DNA from: an uncultured Gammaproteobacteria bacterium
GTDB taxonomy: Bacteria; Pseudomonadota; Gammaproteobacteria; Nitrococcales; Aquisalimonadaceae
DNA: 64,000 nucleotides
Assembly: GCA_963711725.1 (NCBI GenBank)
Contig: CAVQFO010000020.1
Coordinates: forward strand, 32,770 to 96,769
Direction of reading: 5' to 3'
The stretch's first letter is position 1, and every line of letters begins with the position of its first letter. The notes under the pieces are model-generated. The model was not told the DNA's origin. It did no database searches and was given only the letters and a program-made list of their open reading frames with translations. Made by a program: the position numbers and the translations under genes. Below, in pieces: positions 8,902 to 17,690 of the stretch.

Positions 8902-10913
8902 TTGGCCCTGGCCCAATTCGCCGTTGTCCTGGCTTTGTGTTCCGCCGCCTTCGGGCTGCTGGCGGACACCTGGCCCCGGACGGCGAAATATCTGGGTTTC
9001 CTCCTGCTGGGCCTGAGCGGCGCCGCCTCCGTGGCCGCCGGTGTTCAGGCGGTGCTGGCCGGCTCCGTCCAGCTCGACATCCTTCCCCTGGGGTTGCCCT
9101 GGCTGACTGGCATCTGCGGCTGGATTCCCTGGCCGGGTTCTTTCTCGGTGTCGTGGGCCTGGGCTGCGTGGCGGTTGCGTTCTACGGGCCGGGCTACGTG
9201 CGCGAGTTCGCGCACGGCCGCCAGCCCATGGCCGTGCTGGGGGTGTTCACGGGCCTGTTCGTGGCCGGGATGCAGCTCGTTGTGTTGGCCGACGATGCCT
9301 TCGCCTTCATGGTGGCCTGGGAGTTGATGTCCCTGGCCAGCTATTTCCTGGTGACCTTCCAGCACCGTCAGGCCGCCAACCGGCGCGCGGGCTTCATCTA
9401 CCTGTTGATGGCCGAGATCGGGGCGCTGGCGATCCTGCTGGCCTTCGGCGTGCTGGCCGGCACCCACGGCAATTTCACCTTCGACGCCATGCGTCATGCG
9501 CATCCCGCGCTGCTATGGGGCAGCATTGCCTTCGCCCTGGCGCTGGTGGGTTTCGGGATGAAGGCCGGGCTGGTTCCGCTGCACGTCTGGCTGCCGGAAG
9601 CCCATCCCGTGGCGCCGTCGCATATATCCGCGTTGATGAGCGGCGTGATGCTCAAGGTGGCGATCTACGGCCTGATCCGTTTTGTGTTCGACCTGCTCGG
9701 CGCCGTGTATTGGGGCTGGGGCGTTGCCCTGCTCCTGGTGGGTGCGGTCAGCGCCCTCTACGGAATCCTTTTCGCCCTGGTTCAGACCGATCTCAAGCGG
9801 ATGCTGGCCTACAGCTCGGTGGAGAACGTGGGCATCATCGCCATGGCACTGGGCCTGGCGCTGGTGTTCCAAGGGGTGGGCCGTCCGGTGCTGGCGTCGT
9901 TGGCGTTGATCGCCGCCCTGTATCACGCTCTGAATCATTCGGTGTTCAAATCGCTGCTGTTCCTGGGCGCGGGCGCTGTGCTCCAGCGCAGCCACGAGCG
10001 TGATCTGGACCGGATGGGCGGGCTGATCCGCCGCATGCCGCAGACGGCGGCCCTGTTCCTGGTGGGTGCGGTCAGCATCTCCGCGCTGCCGCCGTTCAAC
10101 GGCTTCGTGTCGGAGTGGCTGCTGTTCCAGGCCTCGCTGCAGGCGCCGGTGCTGCATAGCGGCGTGCTGCGCTCCGTGATTCCCGTCATCGCGGCGATGC
10201 TGGCGCTCACCGGCGCGTTGGCGGTGGCCTGTTTCGTCAATGCTTACGGCATCGGTTTCCTCGGCCAGCCGCGGACGCGACATGTGGCCCACGCCCGGGA
10301 GGTGGACTGGGGCATGCGAATCGCCATGGGACTGCTGGCGGTGCTGTGTCTGACTCTGGGCGTGGCGCCGACCTATGTCATTGCGGCGCTGGGTCGGGTG
10401 ACCTCCCTGCTGGTGGGCGCGGACCTGAATGGGCTGGGCGGTTCCTGGCTGCATCTGGTGCCCGTATCCAGTCAGACGGCCTCCTACTCGGCACCTCTGG
10501 TGGTGATCGGCCTGCTGCTGGCCTGGGGCCTGATCTGGCTGCTGCTGCACCCGCGCGGGCGCCGGGCGGTACGCCGGGACGCGCCCTGGGATTGCGGTTT
10601 CGGCCCGCTGTCCGCCCGCATGCAATACACCTCCCAGGCCTTTTCCCAGCCGCCGCGCCGGGTGTTCGGCCTGGTCTATGACGTGCAGGAGCAGGTGGAG
10701 GAAACACGCGACCCGGCCGCGGAACTGCGGGTCCAGTCCATCAAGCATCAGCTCAACATCCGCGACCGGGTCTGGAACTGGGGCTATCTACCGGTGGCCC
10801 GCTGGCTGCAGACGGCGGCGCGGCTGGTGGGGCGCAGCCAGACCGGCCACATTCGCGCCTACCTGAGTTATTCCTTTGTCACGTTGCTGTTCCTGTTGTG
10901 GTGGATTACATGA
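8902..10913 (+). pseudogene. HyfB/HycC-like (NuoL/ND5-type) membrane subunit of a hydrogenase-4-like (Ehr-type) complex; single frameshift near 9103-9107, possibly an assembly error
   Basis: Candidate TTG start at 8902 after GGGGGAAG. The N-terminus ALAQFAVVLALCSAAFGLL...LPLGLPWL (frame of track ORF 8788) joins WHLRLDSLAGFFLGVVG...WELMSLASYFLV... (frame of track ORF 8715). About 670 aa in total, as for HyfB. The stop overlaps the next start (ATGA at 10910-10913). Confidence 0.75.
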
Positions 10914-11857
10914 ACGGCTGGGCGCTGGCGGCGGCGGAAACTATCCTGTTCCTGGCGCTGGGTCCGCTGCTGGCGGGCTGGGTGAAGGCGCTGAAGTGCC
11001 TGCTGCAGAACCGTCGGCCGCCGTCGCTGCTCCAGCCCTACCGCAATCTGGCCAAGCTGTTCCGCAAACAGGTGGTGGTGGCCGAGCAGGCCTCCTGGAT
11101 CTTCCGGGCCACGCCTTACATCGTGTTCGCCGCCATGGCGGTGGCCGCGGCGGTGGTGCCGCTGATCGCCGTGCGCCTGCCCACCGCCGGGATGGCGGAC
11201 GTCATCGTGCTGGTGGGATTGTTCGCCCTGGCCCGGTTTTTCCTGGCCCTGGCCGGTCTGGATATCGGCACCACCTTCGGCGGCATGGGCTCCTCGCGGG
11301 AGGTGATGATCGCCTCCCTGGCCGAGCCGGCCATGCTCATGGCGGTATTCACGCTGACCATGACCGCCGCCAGCACCAACCTGTCGGTGGCCATGCAGCA
11401 CATCCTGGACGCCGGGCTGGTGCTGAGGCCGTCGTTCATCTTCGCGCTGCTGGCGCTGCTTCTGGTGGCGGTGGCGGAGAATGCGCGTATCCCGGTGGAC
11501 AATCCGGCCACCCACCTGGAGCTGACCATGGTCCACGAGGCCATGATCCTGGAATACAGCGGCCGGCATCTGGCGCTGCTGGAATGGGCTTCCCAGCTCA
11601 AGCTGGTGATCTACGCCGCGCTGATCGCCAATGTGTTTTTCCCCTGGGGGCTGGCCTTGAACATGTCGCCCGAAGCGCTGGCCTACGGTCTGGGCAGCAC
11701 GCTGCTGAAGCTGGCCGTGCTGGGTGCGGTGCTGGCCTTGGCGGAGACGCTGCTGGCGAAGATGCGCCTGTTCCGGGTGCCGCAGTTTCTGAATCTGGCC
11801 TTTCTGCTGGCGCTGATCGGCATGCTCAGCCACGTGATTCTGGAGGTGGGCTCGTGA
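10910..11857 (+). CDS. HyfC/HycD-like (NuoH-type) membrane subunit
   Basis: 315 aa. ..LLQPYRNLAKLFRKQ..GLDIGTTFGGMGSSRE..AENARIPVDNPATHLELTMVHEAMILEYSG.. are typical formate hydrogenlyase subunit 4 motifs. Confidence 0.85.
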   Translation: MNGWALAAAETILFLALGPLLAGWVKALKCLLQNRRPPSLLQPYRNLAKLFRKQVVVAEQASWIFRATPYIVFAAMAVAAAVVPLIAVRLPTAGMADVIVLVGLFALARFFLALAGLDIGTTFGGMGSSREVMIASLAEPAMLMAVFTLTMTAASTNLSVAMQHILDAGLVLRPSFIFALLALLLVAVAENARIPVDNPATHLELTMVHEAMILEYSGRHLALLEWASQLKLVIYAALIANVFFPWGLALNMSPEALAYGLGSTLLKLAVLGAVLALAETLLAKMRLFRVPQFLNLAFLLALIGMLSHVILEVGS

Positions 11858-11876
11858 TGGAGCAGATGCTCTGACC

Positions 11877-12551
11877 ATGCAATTCGCAAACCTCAGCCTG
11901 TTCGAGCAGGCCGTCATGGTGATGGCGGCGATGATCCTGTTCACCTCGTTTCTGCTGCTGGCCAGCCAGCGGCTGGTGGTGCTGATCCGTATCTTCGCCT
12001 GGCAGGGTGTGCTGCTGGCGCTGGTCACGGCGCTGGTGGCCTATGTATCCAACCGACATCATCTCTACATCTCGGCACTGCTTACTCTGGGGCTGAAGGC
12101 GCTGCTGATTCCGTGGATGCTGCACCGGCTCGTGCACCGTTTCGGTATCCAGAACTTCGCCGAATCCATGGTGCAGCCGGCGCTACTGCTGCTGGGCGGC
12201 GCCGGGCTGGTGGTGTTCAGCTACTACGTGGCTCTCCCCATCGAGACCTTGTCCACCGCGGTGACCCGCAACACCATCGCCGTGAGTCTGGCCGTTGTCC
12301 TGCTGTCGCTGTTGCTGATCATCACCCGGCGCAAGGCCGTGAGCCAGGTGATCGGTTTCATGTCGCTGGAGAACGGCCTGTTCTTCGCCGCCGTGGCTTC
12401 GACCTTCGGCATGCCCATGGTGGTGGAGCTGGGCGTGGCCTTCGACGTGCTGGTGGCCGCCATCCTGTTCGGCGTGTTCTTCTTCCAGATCCGCGCCAGT
12501 TTCGATTCCCTGGATACCGACCGGCTGACCCGCCTGCGGGAGGTGGATTAG
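11877..12551 (+). CDS. HyfE-like (NuoK-related) membrane subunit
   Basis: 224 aa, polytopic. ..VIGFMSLENGLFFAAV.. and C-terminus FDSLDTDRLTRLRE, as in hydrogenase-4 component E. Confidence 0.75.
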   Translation: MQFANLSLFEQAVMVMAAMILFTSFLLLASQRLVVLIRIFAWQGVLLALVTALVAYVSNRHHLYISALLTLGLKALLIPWMLHRLVHRFGIQNFAESMVQPALLLLGGAGLVVFSYYVALPIETLSTAVTRNTIAVSLAVVLLSLLLIITRRKAVSQVIGFMSLENGLFFAAVASTFGMPMVVELGVAFDVLVAAILFGVFFFQIRASFDSLDTDRLTRLREVD

Positions 12552-14038
12552 TGGTCTCGCTCTGGCTGACGCTGGCCGTTCCGCTGCTGGCCGTGCTGCT
12601 GCTGGCGGCCTTTGGTGATCGCGCTTGGGCTGGGCGGTTCAACAGCCTCTGCGCATCGGCCACTTTTGTGGCCGCCCTGGCCATGGCCGGCGACGTGCTG
12701 CGGACGGGCTCGTTCACCACGGCGCATCAGCTCTTTTACGTCGATACCTTCAACGTCTACCTGATTCTGCTCACGGCCTTCGTGGGCATGACCACCGCCT
12801 GGTTCTCCCGGCCCTACATGGATCACGAAGTGGACAGCGGCCGGGTTACGGCCGTGCGCATGCGCTTCTACCACGCCATGTATCAGGCCTTCATCCTGTC
12901 CATGCTGGTGGCGCTGTCGACCAATAACCTGGGCTTGCTGTGGGTGGCCATGGAGGCGGCGACTCTGGCCACGGTGCTGCTGGTCAGTCTGTACCGCACA
13001 CCCGAGGCGGTGGAGGCGGCCTGGAAGTATTTCGTGCTCTGCGGCGTGGGCATCGCCCAGGCGCTGTTCGGCACGGTGCTGCTCAATTTTGCCGCCGAGC
13101 CGGTGGTGCAGGACAAATCCCAGGCCCTGCTGTGGAGTACGCTGCACGGCGTGGCCACCCATTTGGACCCCACCGTGATGGGCCTGGCCTTCGTGTTCAT
13201 GATGGTGGGCTATGGCACCAAGGTGGGCCTGGTGCCGCTGCACAACTGGCTGCCGGACGCCCACTCCGAGGGCCCCACGCCGGTCTCGGCGGTGCTGTCC
13301 GGGCTGCTGCTGAACGTGGCCTTGTACGCCCTGGTGCGCCTGAAGATGCTGGTGGACCTGTCGCTGTCCGGCGGTGGCGGCGCCGCCGGGCCGCACTTGG
13401 CCGGCCAGTTGATGATGGGCTTCGGCCTGCTCAGTTTCGTGTCGGCGGGGCTGTTCCTGCACCGCCAGCGTGACATCAAGCGCTTGTTCAGTTATTCCTC
13501 CATCGAGCACATGGGGCTGATGACCTTCGGCTTCGGCCTGGGCGGGCCGCTGGCCACCTTCGCCGCGCTGTTGCACATGACGGTTCACTCGCTGACGAAG
13601 TCCGCCATCTTCGTCACCGTGGGCCATGCCTCCCATATCGCCGGCACCCAGGTCATGGACAAGATCCGCGGCTTGATCGCCACCCAGCCGCTGGTGGGCT
13701 GGGGGCTGCTGCTGGGTACGGCGGCCATCGCCGGTTTCCCGCCCTTCGGCGTATTCGCCAGTGAGTTCCTGCTGCTCAGCGCCACCATGAAGAGCATCCC
13801 CTGGCTCACCGTGCCGCTGCTGGTCGGGCTGGCGGTCGCCTTCGCCGGGCTGTTCCGGCATGTCCAGCCCATGGTCTTCGGCGAGGTGCCCGAGGGGCAG
13901 AGCGCCGTGCGCGCCAGCATGTTGCCGGTGGTGCTGCACCTCATCCTGGTGCTGTGGCTGGGTCTGGCCATCCCGGGCCCGCTTGCCCACTGGTTTGACG
14001 CCGCGACCCGGCTGATCGCGGGGCAGGGGGCGCTATGA
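12551..14038 (+). CDS. HyfF-like (NuoM/N-type antiporter-like) membrane subunit
   Basis: GTG 12551 overlaps the hyfE-like stop (TAGTG). ..GLLWVAMEAATLATVLLV..YFVLCGVGIA..GYGTKVGLVPLHNWLPDAHSEGPTPVSA..SSIEHMG.. The track ORF (12113-14038) is over-extended at the N-terminus. Confidence 0.85.
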   Translation: MVSLWLTLAVPLLAVLLLAAFGDRAWAGRFNSLCASATFVAALAMAGDVLRTGSFTTAHQLFYVDTFNVYLILLTAFVGMTTAWFSRPYMDHEVDSGRVTAVRMRFYHAMYQAFILSMLVALSTNNLGLLWVAMEAATLATVLLVSLYRTPEAVEAAWKYFVLCGVGIAQALFGTVLLNFAAEPVVQDKSQALLWSTLHGVATHLDPTVMGLAFVFMMVGYGTKVGLVPLHNWLPDAHSEGPTPVSAVLSGLLLNVALYALVRLKMLVDLSLSGGGGAAGPHLAGQLMMGFGLLSFVSAGLFLHRQRDIKRLFSYSSIEHMGLMTFGFGLGGPLATFAALLHMTVHSLTKSAIFVTVGHASHIAGTQVMDKIRGLIATQPLVGWGLLLGTAAIAGFPPFGVFASEFLLLSATMKSIPWLTVPLLVGLAVAFAGLFRHVQPMVFGEVPEGQSAVRASMLPVVLHLILVLWLGLAIPGPLAHWFDAATRLIAGQGAL

Positions 14039-15627
14039 CCGGCCAGCGGCAACCCTTCGACTGGTGGAGCGGCTTCCTGCAGCGCTTGCAGGCTCAGGAT
14101 GTCCGTGCCGAAGAGGCAGGACCCGTACCGCCGGCGCGCGTGGTTCAGGTCTATCCGCGGGATTGGGCGGAGCTGATGCGCCTGGCCCGGGAGTGGGGCA
14201 TGCGCTGGTGCGCCAAATGGGCGGATCCGGCGGACGACGGTTTCCAGGTCGCCGCCTGCCTGGAGCACGGCGGCGATTACATGCTCGTCCGCGCCCTGGT
14301 GCCCCTGGATGAACCCATCCTGCCCTCCGATGCCGGGATCTATCCCGCCGCCGACCGGATGGAGCGCCACATCCACGATCTCACAGGAGTGGATTTTGCC
14401 GCTCAGCCCGACGGGCGCCGCTGGACCCGCCATCAGGCCTGGCCGGCGGATCGGTTCCCGCTGCGCCGGGATTATCCCCCGGCCGGCGAAAGCACCGATC
14501 CCGTGCCGCCAGATGCGGACTATCCGTTCCTGCGTGCCCAGGGCAGCGGCGTCTGCGAGATCCCCGTGGGGCCGATCCACGCCGGCATCATCGAGCCCGG
14601 CCATTTCCGCTTCCAGGCCGTGGGCGAGACGGTGCTGAACCTGGAAGAGCGCCTGGGCTACACCCACAAGGGCACCGAAAAGGTGGCCGAGGGCCGGGAT
14701 GCCGCCGGTCTGGCCCGGCTGGCCGGGCGGGTCTCCGGCGACACCACCGTGGCCCACACCTGGGCCGCCTGCATGGCCATGGAGCGCGCCGCCGGTATCG
14801 AAGTCCCGCCGCGGGCGCTGTGGCTGCGGGCGCTGATGGCCGAGCGCGAGCGGGTCGCCAATCATCTGGGCGACATCGGCGCCATCTGCAACGACGTCGG
14901 CTTCGCCTTCGCTCAATACCAGTTCAGCCGCCTGCGCGAACAATGGCAGCGGGTCAGCGCCGCCGCCTTCGGTCATCGGCTGATGATGGATCGTATCGTG
15001 CCCGGCGGCGTGGCCGTGGACCTCACCCCCGAAGAAGGCGACCGGCAAGCTGCCCAGGTGGCGGAAATCCGTACCGAAGTTGAATACCTCATGACCGTGC
15101 TGCGCGACCAGGAATCCCTGCAGGATCGCTTGGTCACCACCGGCATCCTGCCTCCGGACATCGCCCGCAGCCTGGGTTGCCTGGGCTACGTGGGCCGGGC
15201 CAGCGGCCACGCCTTCGACCTGCGAAGGCACGCAGCCTACCCTCCCTATGACGGTTTCGAAGTGCCCGTGCCGGTCTACACCGAAGGGGACGTGGCCGCG
15301 CGGTTACAGGTGCGCGTGGACGAACTGCTGACCAGTTTGGGCCTGATCGAGCGAATCTTGTTGGGATTGCCGACCGGCGATATTGCGGCGCCTTGGACGC
15401 CTCCGTCCACCGCCGTCGCCGGCCTTGGTTTGGTGGAAGGCTGGCGCGGCGAAATCCTGGCCTACGTCCGCTTTGGCACGGACGGCGCCATCGCCCGCTA
15501 CTTCCCCCGCGACCCCAGTTGGATGAACTGGCCCGCGCTGGAGCACCTGCTCCGCGGCAACATCGTCCCGGACTTTCCGGTGTGCAACAAATCGGTCAAC
15601 GGCAGCTACTCCGGCGTGGATTTGTGA
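14035..15627 (+). CDS. HyfG/HycE-like large subunit (NuoC-NuoD fusion) lacking all four NiFe-ligand cysteines
   Basis: 530 aa; ATGA overlap with the previous gene. Conserved GPIHAGIIEPGHFRF and ERLGYTHKGTEK. It has RVSGDTTVAH where HycE has RVCGICGFAH (RxCGxCxxxH), and ends ..GNIVPDFPVCNKSVNGSYSGVDL where hydrogenases have DPCxxCxxR. Confidence 0.85.
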   Translation: MTGQRQPFDWWSGFLQRLQAQDVRAEEAGPVPPARVVQVYPRDWAELMRLAREWGMRWCAKWADPADDGFQVAACLEHGGDYMLVRALVPLDEPILPSDAGIYPAADRMERHIHDLTGVDFAAQPDGRRWTRHQAWPADRFPLRRDYPPAGESTDPVPPDADYPFLRAQGSGVCEIPVGPIHAGIIEPGHFRFQAVGETVLNLEERLGYTHKGTEKVAEGRDAAGLARLAGRVSGDTTVAHTWAACMAMERAAGIEVPPRALWLRALMAERERVANHLGDIGAICNDVGFAFAQYQFSRLREQWQRVSAAAFGHRLMMDRIVPGGVAVDLTPEEGDRQAAQVAEIRTEVEYLMTVLRDQESLQDRLVTTGILPPDIARSLGCLGYVGRASGHAFDLRRHAAYPPYDGFEVPVPVYTEGDVAARLQVRVDELLTSLGLIERILLGLPTGDIAAPWTPPSTAVAGLGLVEGWRGEILAYVRFGTDGAIARYFPRDPSWMNWPALEHLLRGNIVPDFPVCNKSVNGSYSGVDL

Positions 15628-15641
15628 CGAGGAGATAAACC

Positions 15642-16151
15642 GTGCTGCGAATGCTCAACAAGATCCGAACCGTGGGCGTCATCACCGAGCCGCTGCCCGA
15701 GCAGATGGAATCGGCCTTGAGTGAGACCGGCGAGCGCCTGCGCAAGGAAATCGGCCGCCGCTTCGCCGGCAGCCTCGCCATTCGCGCCGTGGACGCCGGT
15801 TCGTGCAACGGCTGCGAACTGGAGATCCACGCCCTCAACAACGCCTACTACGACATCGAACGCTTCGGCGTGCACTTCGTCGCCTCCCCCCGCCATGCCG
15901 ACATGCTGCTGGTCACCGGCCCCGTCTCCAAACACATGGAAGCCGCCCTGCGGCGCGTCTACGACGCCACGCCCGATCCCAAACTGGTGGTGGCCGTGGG
16001 CGAATGCGGCGCCACCGGCGGCGAGTTCGCCGGCTGCTACGCCACCTGCGGAGGCGTGAGCAACGTGCTGCCGGTGGATGCCGTCATCCCTGGTTGCCCG
16101 CCCACGCCCTTGCAGTTGATGTGTGGGTTGTTGGAAGTGATTCGCGGCTAA
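15642..16151 (+). CDS. HyfI/HycG-like small subunit (NuoB-type, [4Fe-4S])
   Basis: GTG 15642 lies 7 nt after AGGAG. DAGSCNGCELE, SPRHADMLLVTG, AVGECGATGGEF and PGCPPTP retain all four cluster cysteines. Confidence 0.85.
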   Translation: MLRMLNKIRTVGVITEPLPEQMESALSETGERLRKEIGRRFAGSLAIRAVDAGSCNGCELEIHALNNAYYDIERFGVHFVASPRHADMLLVTGPVSKHMEAALRRVYDATPDPKLVVAVGECGATGGEFAGCYATCGGVSNVLPVDAVIPGCPPTPLQLMCGLLEVIRG

Positions 16152-16168
16152 GGGTTAGCGGCGATATC

Positions 16169-16252
16169 CCGTAGCCCGGATGAGGCGAAGCGCAATCCGG
16201 GGTCTTCGGCCTGGACGTTCCCGGATTCCGCTTCGCTACATCCGGGCTACGG
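16169..16252. repeat. 84-nt imperfect palindrome, REP family C (GTAGCCCGGATG..AAGCG..ATCCGGG)
   Basis: ccgtagcccggatg (16169-16182) pairs with catccgggctacgg (16239-16252), with further inner pairing. A family-B half site gtagggtgggcgcagcccac follows at 16280-16301. Confidence 0.7.
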
Positions 16253-16333
16253 TGCCGAAGGTTTAGCCACCGTCGCATCGTAGGGTGGGCGCAGCCCACG
16301 CGGACTCTTCGTTCTCCGGCGGTCAGCCGGGGG

Positions 16334-16957
16334 TTAGCGGGCCGCCAGGGCCTTCAGGTCATGGGCCATGGCCCCGACTTTGTCTTTGTACGTCATGACC
16401 AGTTGCACGTGGCCTTTGGGGTCGAAGGCAAAAATCGCGGCGCTGTGATACACGGGATAATTGCCGTCGCTGTCCTTCTTGCCATAGCGGTAGACCACCC
16501 GGTAGCGCTTGGTGAGGGCCGTGAGTTCGCTTTTTGTGCCGGTCAGGCCGACGATGTGGGGGCCGAAGGCGTGGACGTAGGTGCCGAGTGTCTTCGGCGA
16601 ATCCCTGGCCGGGTCGACGCTGACGAAGAGCATGCGCACCCGATCCGCCAGCGGGCCCATCTTGTGGAAGGCCTCTTCGACTTTGGCCAGTGTGGTCGGG
16701 CAGACGTCGGGGCAGTGGGTATAGCCGAAGTACAGCAGATTGATCTTGCCGAAGTAGCGTTTGGCGTGGACGGTATCGCCATCGGTGTCGGTCAGAGTGA
16801 AGTGGAGATCCGGCATCACGCCGGCGATGTGTTTGGTCTGCCAATGGACGTGTCCATGGCCGCTGCATCCGCCCACCAGCAGGGCCGCGCCGAGCACCAA
16901 CGCGGCGCGGGCCCCGAGGCCGAATCTTCGATTCCCTGTAGGCGCCTCAATGGGCAC
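16334..16957 (-). CDS. senC: SCO1/SenC family copper chaperone
   Basis: FGYTHCPDVCPTTL (CxxxC) plus a conserved His. N-terminal lipoprotein-like signal ..ALVLGAALLVGGCSG. The likely start is GTG 16957, overlapping the upstream stop; the track start at 17059 is over-extended. Confidence 0.8.
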   Translation of the reverse strand: MPIEAPTGNRRFGLGARAALVLGAALLVGGCSGHGHVHWQTKHIAGVMPDLHFTLTDTDGDTVHAKRYFGKINLLYFGYTHCPDVCPTTLAKVEEAFHKMGPLADRVRMLFVSVDPARDSPKTLGTYVHAFGPHIVGLTGTKSELTALTKRYRVVYRYGKKDSDGNYPVYHSAAIFAFDPKGHVQLVMTYKDKVGAMAHDLKALAAR

Positions 16958-17381
16958 CGGTGGCTCCCGCGCCCTTGACGGCGAACGGTTCCGTGACGGT
17001 GCTGCCGTCGGCGAACTTGAGGGTGATCTTGACGGTATCGCCGACCTTGAGCGGATCATGGGGCGGCATCAGCATGATGTGGTAGCCGCCGGGCGCGAAG
17101 TGGGCGGCCTGGCCGGCAGGGATGGCGACGCGCATGACGTGGACCATCTTCTCCTGGCCATTTTCGCTTTTGCTCTGATGCAGCATGGCCTTCTTGAAGC
17201 CCACCGCGGACGCGCCGGTGAGTGCGACTTCGTGGCCGGATCGGTTGGAAATGGTGCAGTAGGCGGCGGCCGGAAGTTTGCCCGGCAGAAGCCGGATCCA
17301 ACCATCGGATACGGTAACGCCGCCGGCCCATGCGCTGGAGGACGCCAGCAGCGCCACGGCGATTGTCATTTTCTTCAGCAT
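16947..17381 (-). CDS. Periplasmic copper chaperone PCu(A)C (DUF461)
   Basis: MLKKMTIAVALLASSSAWA signal peptide, then ..GGYHIMLM.. (H-x-M-x-M copper motif). ATG at 17381. Confidence 0.75.
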   Translation of the reverse strand: MLKKMTIAVALLASSSAWAGGVTVSDGWIRLLPGKLPAAAYCTISNRSGHEVALTGASAVGFKKAMLHQSKSENGQEKMVHVMRVAIPAGQAAHFAPGGYHIMLMPPHDPLKVGDTVKITLKFADGSTVTEPFAVKGAGATGAH

Positions 17382-17448
17382 GCCCGGTTCCCCTGGGAGT
17401 GGTCTAAAATCCAGGCCGTAAGAAAACAGATGGCCGCTTGTGCGGCAA

Positions 17449-17465
17449 TGCGACAAATTGTCGCA
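17449..17465. promoter_or_regulatory. Candidate RegA/PrrA-type binding site (perfect 7-3-7 palindrome TGCGACA-AAT-TGTCGCA)
   Basis: Lies in the divergent PCuAC-senC / regBA intergenic region. The core GCGAC-N5-GTCGC matches the GCGNC-N5-GNCGC type reported for RegA/PrrA/RegR, recalled from memory. Confidence 0.45.
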
Positions 17466-17690
17466 GGGGCGGTACCGAGCCATCTGCTAGCCGGTATATT
17501 TCATGAATTCGCGTGAACGTCGCGTATGGGTTGGAGTTCACAAGTGTTTTTCCGATTGAGCGCCGTATCCGGGTATACGGTCGATTGAGGAAAAGCGCTT
17601 GTGGGCTCAAAGACATAGCGAGGGCGCGTGAACTCATGGAATATCCGGGCTAGCATAACGGCCGGGCAGACATCTTCCGGAAAATCCACC

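Noticed and set aside
9513-10748. Long antisense or overlapping ORFs in the track (e.g. 9513-10748 -, 10868-12028 -, 12548-13990 -, 13585-15231 -, 48469-50331 -, 30783-31937 -, 40266-41723 -, 22847-24202 +)
   Set aside because: They lie opposite strongly conserved genes. Their translations are Arg/Gly/Pro/His-rich low-complexity sequence with no recognisable motifs, which is typical of open antisense frames in high-GC DNA.
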